NCBI GenBank assembly: GCA_963834625.1
Contig: CAWICM010000009.1
Span: forward strand, 426,706-490,705
DNA length: 64,000 bases
Source of the DNA: an uncultured Solirubrobacterales bacterium
Lineage (GTDB): Bacteria; Actinomycetota; Thermoleophilia; Solirubrobacterales; Solirubrobacteraceae
Direction of reading: 5' to 3'
Below the pieces are notes generated by a model. The model was not told the origin of the DNA. It made no database searches and saw only the letters and a program-made list of their open reading frames with translations. A program made the position numbers and the translations under genes. Of this stretch, positions 56,297-64,000 are shown piece after piece (position 1 is the stretch's first letter; each line of letters begins with the position of its first letter).

Positions 56297-57811
56297 ATGT
56301 CAGCAGTACCAGCGGACCGGGCTCGGAGAATCGGCGTCCACGCCGAGCACGACTCCTACAAGTGGTGGGCGCTCTCGTGCACGAGCCTCGGAATGCTGCT
56401 GGCGACGATCAACTCGGGCACGCTGATCATCGCCCTACCCGACCTCGAGCGCAGTCTCCACACGAGCCTGCTCGAGCTCGTGTGGGTGATCCTCGTCTAC
56501 ATGATCGCCTCGACCGTGCTCGTGCTGAGCGCGGGCCGTCTGTCTGATCAGTTCGGTCGTAAGCAGGCCTACATCGGCGGTTTCGTGCTGTTCGCCGTCG
56601 CCTCGCTTGGCGCCGGGTTCGCCGCCAATGGAACTCAGTTGATCCTGTGGCGGATCGCCCAGGGCGTAGGCGGTTCATTCCTGTTCGCCAACGCCGCGGC
56701 GATCGTGACCGACGCCTTCCCGCGCGAGCAGCTCGGGCTGGCCATGGGCACGAACACGATGGTGGCCGCCGTCGGGCTGGTCATCGGTCCGGTGCTCGGT
56801 GGCGCGCTGGTGGCGATCTCCTGGCACTGGGTGTTCTGGTTCAACGTGCCCTTCGCCCTCGGCGGGAGCCTGTGGGCCGCGCTCATCCTTCACGAGGTCA
56901 CCGGGCGCTCTGAGGACACGAGCTTCGACGCCCTGGGGACGATCACGTTGCTGATCGGGCTGACCGGCCTCGTGTACGGCATCTCCAAGGGCGGGCTCTC
57001 GGGTTGGGACAACACCGCCGTGATCGCGAGCCTGATCGCCGCGGCCGTTCTGCTCCCCGGGTTCGTCCTGATCGAGAGCCACGTCAAGTCCCCCATGCTC
57101 GATCTCTCGATCTTCAAGAGCCGGCTGTTCTCGGCCGCCTCCCTGGCCGCCTTCACGAACGGCCTGGCCCGGTTCGCGCTGATGTTCGTTTTCGTCTTCT
57201 ACTTCCAGGGCGTCCAGGGCGACTCGCCGATCCTGGCCGGCATCAAGCTGGCGCCGCTGGCGATCGGGATGCTGATCGCCTCGCCGCTCGCCGGGATCTG
57301 GGCCGACCGCCGCGGATCGCGCGGGATGGCCGTGGCCGGAATGCTCGTGCAGGCAATCGGGCTCGCTCTGATGACCACGCTGGAGCGCGATACGACCTAC
57401 GTTGCCAGCTGCGTCTACATGCTGATCGTCGGCATCGGGTCGGGGATGTTCAACTCGCCCAACACGGCCGCGATGATGGGCACGGTTCCCGCCCACCGGC
57501 GCGGCATCGCCGCCGGCGCCCGGGTGCTCGTCCAGAACACCGGGGCGGTCATCTCGATCGCGTTCGTGCTCGCGGTCGTCACCTCGAGCGTGCCCAAGCA
57601 CGTCCTGCTCGCGGTGTTCTCCGGCGTGGCCAAGCACATCTCGAACGCCCAACTGGTCCCGTTCATGTCGAACATGCACACGGCCCTGTGGTGCCTGGCC
57701 GCGATCTCGCTCGTCGGCGCCTTCATCTCGGCCGCCCGGCCGGCCCACGTCAAGAACGAGGCCGAGACTGCGGCGCCGCCGGAGCCGGCGCGGGAGAGGG
57801 TGGCAGCGTGA
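56297..57811 (+). CDS. MFS transporter, DHA2/EmrB family (14 TM)
   Basis: GRLSDQFGRK, WRIAQG, IGPVLGG and WHWVFWFNVP. Confidence 0.93.
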   Translation: MSAVPADRARRIGVHAEHDSYKWWALSCTSLGMLLATINSGTLIIALPDLERSLHTSLLELVWVILVYMIASTVLVLSAGRLSDQFGRKQAYIGGFVLFAVASLGAGFAANGTQLILWRIAQGVGGSFLFANAAAIVTDAFPREQLGLAMGTNTMVAAVGLVIGPVLGGALVAISWHWVFWFNVPFALGGSLWAALILHEVTGRSEDTSFDALGTITLLIGLTGLVYGISKGGLSGWDNTAVIASLIAAAVLLPGFVLIESHVKSPMLDLSIFKSRLFSAASLAAFTNGLARFALMFVFVFYFQGVQGDSPILAGIKLAPLAIGMLIASPLAGIWADRRGSRGMAVAGMLVQAIGLALMTTLERDTTYVASCVYMLIVGIGSGMFNSPNTAAMMGTVPAHRRGIAAGARVLVQNTGAVISIAFVLAVVTSSVPKHVLLAVFSGVAKHISNAQLVPFMSNMHTALWCLAAISLVGAFISAARPAHVKNEAETAAPPEPARERVAA

Positions 57812-58317
57812 GCAGCACTCAGACCAAGCCGCTGCGGATCGGTGAGGTGGCCGAGTTGCTCGGCACCACCCCGCGCACGATCCGCTACTACGAGGAGATC
57901 GGGCTACTGCCCGACGCGGGCGACCGCGAGCAGGGCAAGCACCGCTGCTACACCGACGCCGACGTCGAACGGGCGCGCGAGATCATGCGTCTGCGCGACC
58001 TGCTCGGGTTGACCCTCGAGGAGATCTCGGCGCTGCTCGAGGCCGAGGACGCCCGCGCCCAGCTCCGGCGCGAGATCCGGGAGACCGAGGATCCCGTGGA
58101 GATCAGGCGCATCCTGGAGGAGGCGCTCGGGCACATCGCCAACCAGCTGGAGCTGGTACGCCACCGCCGCAGCGAGCTCGAGCAGCTCGAGTCCGAGCTG
58201 GTGACCAAGCGGCGCACGATCCACAAGCGCCTGGGGGAGCTGGAAGGGGTGAGGGTGGCGGCTCCGGCGGAGCTGGAAGGGGTGAGGGTGGCGGCTCCGG
58301 CGGAGCTGGAAGGGTGA
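57808..58317 (+). CDS. MerR family transcriptional regulator
   Basis: RIGEVAELLG...RTIRYYEEIGLL...RCY and LGLTLEEI; GTGA overlap with the MFS gene. Confidence 0.93.
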   Translation: MSSTQTKPLRIGEVAELLGTTPRTIRYYEEIGLLPDAGDREQGKHRCYTDADVERAREIMRLRDLLGLTLEEISALLEAEDARAQLRREIRETEDPVEIRRILEEALGHIANQLELVRHRRSELEQLESELVTKRRTIHKRLGELEGVRVAAPAELEGVRVAAPAELEG

Positions 58318-58333
58318 GGGTGGCGGCTCCCGC
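58236..58333 (+). repeat. 33-nt tandem repeat x3 at the merR 3' end; the third copy lacks one G
   Basis: GGAGCTGGAAGGGGTGAGGGTGGCGGCTCCGGC at 58236 and 58269; the copy at 58302 has GGG instead of GGGG. Confidence 0.9.
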
Positions 58334-58345
58334 GGAGCCGGAGCA

Positions 58346-59566
58346 GTGAACGTCGCCGGCGTGGACCGGCGGGCCATGGCCGTGCTCTCGACCGGCCATA
58401 TGTTCACGGACATCGCGCAGGGGTCGATCCCCGCGCTCCTGCCCTTCCTGATCACGCGCGACCACCTGAGCTACGCCGCGGCCTCGGCGCTGGTGCTGGC
58501 CGCCACGATCTCCTCTTCGGTGATCCAGCCGTTGTTCGGATACGTCTCCGATCGCGTATCGCTGCCCTGGCTGATGCCGCTCGGGCCGGCCCTCGGCGGC
58601 TTGGGGGTGGCGCTCGCCGGCCTGGCCCCGAACTACGGGCTCACCTTTGCCGCTGTCGTGGTCAGCGGCCTCGGCGTGGCGGCCTTCCATCCCGAGGGAT
58701 CCCGGTTCGCCAACTACGTCTCGGGCGCGCGGCGGGCAAGCGGGATGAGCCTGTTCAGCGTCGGCGGCAACGTCGGCTTCGCGCTCGGCCCGGTGCTGGT
58801 GACGCCGCTGCTGCTGGTCTTCGGCCTGCACGGGACGGTGTTCGTGATCATCCCCACGTGGCTGATGTCGGCTGTGCTCCTGCACGAGCTGCCCAGGTTG
58901 AAGACGTTCCGCCGCGACCTGGTCGGTGGCCGCGTGCAGCCGGGCGAGCACCACGAGGCGTGGAGGCCGTTCTTCCTCCTGGCCGGCGTGATCGCGCTGC
59001 GGTCGTTCGTGTACTTCGGGATGGTCACGTTCATCCCGCTCTACTACATCCACGACCTGCACGCGAGCAAGGCGCTCGGCAACGCCGCCCTCACCGCGAT
59101 GCTGCTGGGGGGCGCGGTCGGCACGTTGACCGGCGGCCCGCTGGCCGATCGCTTCGGCCGGCGGACCGTGCTCGCCGGGTCGATGTGCCTGACCCCGCCG
59201 CTCGTAGTGGGCTTCCTTCTGTCGGGACCGGTCCTGGCGCTGGTGTTCGCGGCGCTGGCCGGCGCGGTCACGATCGCCACGTTCGCTGTGACCATCGTGA
59301 TGGGGCAGGAGTACCTCCCGGGCCGGCTGGGGATCTCGGCCGGGGTGACGATCGGCCTCTCGATCGGCCTGGGCGGCGTGGGCGCGCCGCTGCTCGGCGT
59401 GCTGGGCGACGCGGCCGGGCTTCGGGCGGTGTTCGAGACGGTGGCGGTGCTGCCGCTCGCCGCATTGGCCCTGACGCTGGCGCTACCGCGGCAGACGCCG
59501 CGGGAGAGCGTCGCTGCGCCGAGCCAGGCGCCGGCTCGAGCAGGATCGCGGCCCGCGACGACGTAA
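58346..59566 (+). CDS. MFS transporter, Fsr (fosmidomycin-resistance-like) family
   Basis: QPLFG..SDR, FHPEG, GGNVGFALGP and G.LADRFGRR. Confidence 0.9.
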   Translation: MNVAGVDRRAMAVLSTGHMFTDIAQGSIPALLPFLITRDHLSYAAASALVLAATISSSVIQPLFGYVSDRVSLPWLMPLGPALGGLGVALAGLAPNYGLTFAAVVVSGLGVAAFHPEGSRFANYVSGARRASGMSLFSVGGNVGFALGPVLVTPLLLVFGLHGTVFVIIPTWLMSAVLLHELPRLKTFRRDLVGGRVQPGEHHEAWRPFFLLAGVIALRSFVYFGMVTFIPLYYIHDLHASKALGNAALTAMLLGGAVGTLTGGPLADRFGRRTVLAGSMCLTPPLVVGFLLSGPVLALVFAALAGAVTIATFAVTIVMGQEYLPGRLGISAGVTIGLSIGLGGVGAPLLGVLGDAAGLRAVFETVAVLPLAALALTLALPRQTPRESVAAPSQAPARAGSRPATT

Positions 59567-59681
59567 CAAACCACCGCAGGCGGGTATTTGGCAGTGGGAG
59601 GCGTGTCCGCGGCGCGCCGTCAGGTGGTGAGCGTTTTCTCACCCCAGAACGGGCAGGCAAGGGCCCCGCGTTTCTACTCGA

Positions 59682-61355
59682 ATGAGCTCTTCGTTACAAG
59701 CAGCTACTCGACGACTGCCCGTGCTCGCGGCCGTCGCTGCAGCCATGGTCGGTGTGGTCAACATCGCCTCGACGCTGACCCCCAACATCCGGTGGCGCGG
59801 GCACTTGCTGCTCGAGTTTGAGCCGGTTGAGGCGATCCGCGTGTTCCACGCACTCGCCTTCCCGGCCGGCGTCGCGCTCCTCCTGGTCGCTCCGTACCTG
59901 GCCAAGCGCCGCCGGCGGGCCTGGCAGGCCGCGATCGTCCTGATGGTCGCGCTCGGCCTGTTCGACCTGCTCAAGGGCCTCGACTTCGAGGAGACCATCA
60001 TCACGTGGGCCGCAGCGATGGTTCTCGTCCTGGGGCGCAGCGCCTTCAACGTGCGCCACGACCCGATCACGCTGCGCTCGGCCATGTGGCGGGTGCCGCT
60101 ACTCGGCGTGGCCGGCCTGGCCGGCGCCGCCCTGGCCACCTGGGCCGCCCAGGGCCATCCATCGCCCAGGACGGTGGTCGTCGAGACCGTCGATCTGCTC
60201 CGCTGGCAGCAGGGGCCGATCCACTACCACCACCATCTCGCGTGGATCCCGCTCGGGGTGCACCTGCTCGCGCTGATGACCCTGATCACGATCGCCTACG
60301 TGATCTTCCGGCCGCTGACCGCTCCCCGCTCGCTTCCGAGCCCGGTGGCGCGCGAGGTGGCCTCGAATCTGGTTCGGGAGCACGGCGCCGACACACTGGC
60401 CTTCTTCAAGCTGCGCAGCGACAAGCAATACCTGTTCAGCGAGGACCGACGGGCCTTCGTCGGGTACACGATCGAGAACGGGGTGTTGCTGCTCTCGGGC
60501 GACCCGGTCGGACCTCAAGATGCCTTTGCGGATCTGCTCGGCCACGTGCGGGAGTTCGCCGAGGCCCGCGGGCTCAAGCTCGGCGCGCTGGGGGCCAGCG
60601 AGAGTCTGTGCCCGCTCTACGAGCAGCTCGGGCTGCGCACGATCTACCTCGGCGACGAGGCGATCGTCGAGCTCGGGCGCTTCTCGCTCGAGGGGCGCCC
60701 GATCCGAAAGGTGCGCCAGTCGGTCACCCGCCTGAGCAAGGCCGGCTACCGGGCCGAGCTGTGCGAGCTGCGCTCGCTCGATCCGGCCACGCTAGAGGAG
60801 GTCGAGGAGGTGGTCGAACGCGGCCGCCAGGGTGCGCCCGAGCGGGGTTTCTCGATGGCGATGGACTCACTGCAGGGCGAGCACGACCACGACACGCTCG
60901 TCGTGATCACGCGCGACGGGGAGGGTCAGGTACGCGGAGTGCTCCATTTCGTGCCGTGCTACGGCCGCCCCGCGGTGTCGTTGTCGTTCATGCGCCGAGA
61001 TCCCTCCACGCCGAACGGCCTCACCGAGTTCCTGGTCGTGCGGGCGATCGAGCTGCTGCGCGACCGCGGCCTGGAGGAGCTGTCGCTCAACTTCGCGGCG
61101 TTCGCCAAGTGGATGCACAGTCCGGCCCGGGCCCACGAGCGGCTGCTCGGGAAGCTGATCACGCTGGGCAATCCGTTCTTCCAGATCGAGAGCCTGTATC
61201 GCTTCAACGCCAAGTTCTTCCCCCGCTGGGAGCCTCGCTTCCTCGTCTACGAGGGCACATTCGGGCTGCCGCGCGCCGGGATCGCGGCGCTCTGGGCCGA
61301 GGGTCAGCTGCCCAAGCCGTCGATGCGCATGCGCGAAAGCGCACCAAGTCGCTAA
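59682..61355 (+). CDS. MprF/LysX-like aminoacyl-phosphatidylglycerol synthase domain protein (DUF2156)
   Basis: N-terminal TM helices, DTLAFFKLRSDK, SGDPVG, ERGFSM, LNFA and SLYRFNAKF.P.WEPR. Confidence 0.9.
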   Translation: MSSSLQAATRRLPVLAAVAAAMVGVVNIASTLTPNIRWRGHLLLEFEPVEAIRVFHALAFPAGVALLLVAPYLAKRRRRAWQAAIVLMVALGLFDLLKGLDFEETIITWAAAMVLVLGRSAFNVRHDPITLRSAMWRVPLLGVAGLAGAALATWAAQGHPSPRTVVVETVDLLRWQQGPIHYHHHLAWIPLGVHLLALMTLITIAYVIFRPLTAPRSLPSPVAREVASNLVREHGADTLAFFKLRSDKQYLFSEDRRAFVGYTIENGVLLLSGDPVGPQDAFADLLGHVREFAEARGLKLGALGASESLCPLYEQLGLRTIYLGDEAIVELGRFSLEGRPIRKVRQSVTRLSKAGYRAELCELRSLDPATLEEVEEVVERGRQGAPERGFSMAMDSLQGEHDHDTLVVITRDGEGQVRGVLHFVPCYGRPAVSLSFMRRDPSTPNGLTEFLVVRAIELLRDRGLEELSLNFAAFAKWMHSPARAHERLLGKLITLGNPFFQIESLYRFNAKFFPRWEPRFLVYEGTFGLPRAGIAALWAEGQLPKPSMRMRESAPSR

Positions 61356-61533
61356 GCAAGCGCCTACCACGCTACCCTTCAGGCCCCCACGGCCCCGAAT
61401 TTCTGGGTGGGCCGCAATCGTCGACGGGGTAACTACCCCGTTGATTCTCCCTCGGTGTCTGACCGGGGGCCCCTCGACCTCCGGACACAAGCTTGAACAG
61501 CAATCCGATTCCCGTTCCCGATCTTGCCGCCCA

Positions 61534-61920
61534 ATGTCCGTAAGCACGCCGGCCTCGAGTGAGGGCGCCTTGACCGCGCTCTCCTATCTTGACGTGGTCG
61601 TGCTCGTGGTGGCGACCCCGATCATGCTGCTGATCGGGGTGCCCGCCGTCGGGTACCTGGTGGGCGCGGGAGCCTGGATCGTGCTGCGCGCGGCCGGCAT
61701 CGGCGTCGAGCGTGCCGTCGTCGCGATCGACGACCCGAGACGCGAGGTCACTCTCCGTCTCGCCTATTTGCTCGGACGGCTGTTCACGCTCGCGATCGCG
61801 GTGATCCTGGTGCGAAACGGGTCCGGGCGCGACGCCGGGCTGACGGCGTTGCTCGTGATCGTGTTCGCCTTCACGCTGCAGCTGGCCCTTTCCTTCCTGA
61901 ACCGCCCGGGGGCTCGATGA
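61534..61920 (+). CDS. ATP synthase protein I-like membrane protein
   Basis: Four hydrophobic helices immediately upstream of atpB, with an ATGA overlap. Confidence 0.7.
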   Translation: MSVSTPASSEGALTALSYLDVVVLVVATPIMLLIGVPAVGYLVGAGAWIVLRAAGIGVERAVVAIDDPRREVTLRLAYLLGRLFTLAIAVILVRNGSGRDAGLTALLVIVFAFTLQLALSFLNRPGAR

Positions 61921-62807
61921 GCAGGACCCGGAAAGTTCTGCTGGCCAGCGTCGGGATCTACCTGGGCCTCTTCGTCCTGCTGATCGCGATCTACGGCTTC
62001 ACCCAGCACAAGAACAACGAGTTCCAGATCCAGAACGAGTTCAAGCTCGTCAACTGGGTGAGTCTCGGGGTATTCAGCATCAACCGGGCGGTGCTCTACC
62101 TGTTCATCGCCGCCGTGCTGACGGTATTCACGATGGTGTGGATCGCCGGGCGGATGCATGCGCGGCCGAACAAGGTCCAGACGGCTGTCGAGGTGATCTT
62201 CTCGCTGATGCGCGACAACATCACCCGCGGGAACATGTCGGACTCGATGGCGGCCAAGTGGTTCCCCTTCCTGGGGACGCTGTTCCTGTTCATCTGGTTC
62301 TGCAACCTGATCGGCTACCTGCCGTTACCGACGAACAGCCAGGAGAAGTTCACCGTGTTCGGCGCCCACATCCCGGCGTTCGCGCTCTACGCGGCGACCG
62401 CGAACATCTCGGTGCCACTCGTGCTGGCGCTGGTCGTGTTCATCGCGTTCAACTGGGTGGGTGTCCGTGCCCAGGGGCCGATCGGATACTTGAAGAGCCT
62501 GGTACCGGCGGGTGTGCACGGGCCGATGCTGCTCTTGATCTTCCCCATCGAGGTGATCTCGACCCTGATGCGGCTGCTGTCGCTGACCATCCGATTGTGG
62601 GCCAACATCTTCGCCGGGCACATCATCATCCTGTTCATGGCCGGCGGGCTCGCGGTGATCCTCGGGCTCCAGGCGCTCGGGTGGTTCGCGCTCCCGGCCG
62701 GGATCATCATCTACCTGTTCGAGCTGGGCCTGGTGGCGACGCTCCAGGCGTTCATATTCGCGACCCTGGCCGCCATCTATATCGGCGGCGCGGTCAGTCA
62801 CCACTAA
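61917..62807 (+). CDS. atpB: F0F1 ATP synthase subunit a
   Basis: N..Q..VE, NLIGYLP, ATAN and SLTIRLWANIFAGH. Confidence 0.95.
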   Translation: MSRTRKVLLASVGIYLGLFVLLIAIYGFTQHKNNEFQIQNEFKLVNWVSLGVFSINRAVLYLFIAAVLTVFTMVWIAGRMHARPNKVQTAVEVIFSLMRDNITRGNMSDSMAAKWFPFLGTLFLFIWFCNLIGYLPLPTNSQEKFTVFGAHIPAFALYAATANISVPLVLALVVFIAFNWVGVRAQGPIGYLKSLVPAGVHGPMLLLIFPIEVISTLMRLLSLTIRLWANIFAGHIIILFMAGGLAVILGLQALGWFALPAGIIIYLFELGLVATLQAFIFATLAAIYIGGAVSHH

Positions 62808-62824
62808 CACGAGAAGGAGCCCTG

Positions 62825-63088
62825 ATGCTTGCTGTTTTCCATTTCATCCCCATCGCGGCCTCGTCCGGGATCACAGCCGGGTTCGGCATCGCGGTCGGAG
62901 GCGGTTTGGGCGCGGTCGGCGCCGGCGTCGGCATCGGCATCATCTTCGGCAAGGTGATCGAGGCGGTGACCCGCCAGCCCGAGATGCGCGACGAGATCAC
63001 CAGCATCCAGTGGTTGGGCTTCGCCCTGACCGAAGCCGTGTTCTTCTACGGCCTGGTCGCCGGCCTGCTCTCGTTCGTGCTCAAGTAA
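62825..63088 (+). CDS. atpE: F0F1 ATP synthase subunit c
   Basis: GxGxGxG helix, RQPE loop and ALTEA; RBS AAGGAG. Confidence 0.95.
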   Translation: MLAVFHFIPIAASSGITAGFGIAVGGGLGAVGAGVGIGIIFGKVIEAVTRQPEMRDEITSIQWLGFALTEAVFFYGLVAGLLSFVLK

Positions 63089-63649
63089 ATGGCCGTCGTC
63101 TCGCATCTCCCGGTCGCCGCTTCCAGCGGCTCGTTCCTGATCACGCCCAGCGTCGGGCTGATGATCTGGACCCTGCTCCTGTTCGGGATCTCGATGTACA
63201 TCCTGTGGAAGCTCGCCTTCCCGCGGATCTCCGAGGCACTCGACCGGCGCCAGCACGCGATCGAGGAGTCGATCGACCACGCAGAACGGGTGCGCCGCGA
63301 GGCCGACGATCTGCTCGACGAGTACCGAGGGCGTCTGCGCGAGGCGCGCGACCAGGCCGAGCAGATCATCGAACGGGCGCGCAAGTCAGGTGAGGCGCAC
63401 GAGCGGGAGGCCACCGAGCACGCCCAGCAGCGCCGCGATCAGCTGATGGAGCAGACGAAGCGCGACATCGAGTCCGAGACCCGCCGGGCCATCCAGGAGA
63501 TCCGCCGCGAGGTGGCCGACCTGACCGTGCTGGCCACCGAGAAGGTGACCCGCAAGGTGCTCGACGAGGAGGACCAGCGCCGGCTCGTCGAGGACGCCCT
63601 GAGCGATCTCGATTTCAGCGCGCTCGCCCCCGACGGAGACCGCAACTAA
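63089..63649 (+). CDS. atpF: F0F1 ATP synthase subunit b
   Basis: Single TM helix, P.I..ALD.R and a long coiled coil. Confidence 0.95.
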   Translation: MAVVSHLPVAASSGSFLITPSVGLMIWTLLLFGISMYILWKLAFPRISEALDRRQHAIEESIDHAERVRREADDLLDEYRGRLREARDQAEQIIERARKSGEAHEREATEHAQQRRDQLMEQTKRDIESETRRAIQEIRREVADLTVLATEKVTRKVLDEEDQRRLVEDALSDLDFSALAPDGDRN

Positions 63650-63650
63650 C

Positions 63651-64000
63651 GTGGAAGAGATCGCTCAGGTCTGGGCGCGGGCCCTGTTCGAGGTGGCGAT
63701 GGAGCAGGACCTCCTCGACCAGATCCGCAAGGACCTCGCCGCGTTCGTGGACGCTCTGAACGAGAGCCGCGACCTGATGGTGTTCTTCTTCTCGCCCTAC
63801 TTCTCGACCCAGGAGAAGAAGGACGGGCTGCAGCGCGCGGTGACGGGTGCCGAGCCCGCGTTCATGAACTTCCTGGAGGCGCTGATCGAGCGCCACCGGA
63901 TGCCGGCGATCTTCCGGATCAAGGCGCGCTACGAGATCCTTTGGGAGGATGAGCGCGACCTGTTGCCGGTGGAGGTGACGAGCGCGGTCGAGCTCGACAA
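63651..64000 (+). CDS. atpH: F0F1 ATP synthase subunit delta; truncated at the window edge
   Basis: Manual translation MEEIAQVWARALFEVA...FFSPYFS..EK...NFL..LIE.HR...VEVTSAVEL. Confidence 0.93.
   Translation, partial: MEEIAQVWARALFEVAMEQDLLDQIRKDLAAFVDALNESRDLMVFFFSPYFSTQEKKDGLQRAVTGAEPAFMNFLEALIERHRMPAIFRIKARYEILWEDERDLLPVEVTSAVELD

Noticed and set aside
61356-61533. Regulatory RNA in the atp leader
   Set aside because: Only one clear hairpin (ACGGGGT/ACCCCGT) and no known motif.
62825-63088. Na+-translocating ATP synthase
   Set aside because: The c subunit has EA rather than the Q...ES/T Na+ signature.

Overview
High-GC actinobacterial chromosome segment; the gene content and order look like Thermoleophilia/Solirubrobacterales, which is an inference. 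It is mostly housekeeping and metabolism: moeA (partial), RlpA under a c-di-AMP riboswitch, sigA, PilT, ppa, selD, an ArsA pair, parA-ftsZ, ggt, uppP, pepA, thiolase, a B12 acyl-CoA mutase pair plus meaB, etfBA/ETF-QO, rpmE-prfA-prmC-tsaC-glyA, transporters and the start of the atp operon. I found no rRNA, tRNA, CRISPR array or transposase. The best leads are ones the ORF track hides or does not explain: (1) two genes split by an in-frame UGA at a Cys-equivalent position, each followed by a SECIS-like hairpin, namely a rhodanese-CBS protein tail-to-tail with selD and a MauF-like membrane protein; (2) a mauE/mauA-like/mauD-like/mauF-like operon with no heavy chain or MauG nearby; (3) an AbiEi-DUF559 nuclease gene preceded by a 60-bp-period palindromic array and wedged between two stop codons; (4) a ParA-coupled FtsZ with an N-terminal extension; (5) several families of dispersed palindromes and tandem repeats at gene ends; (6) a candidate ~197-nt 6S-like RNA; (7) a TsaC-methyltransferase fusion. 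Family assignments come from motif recognition by eye, with no database searches.
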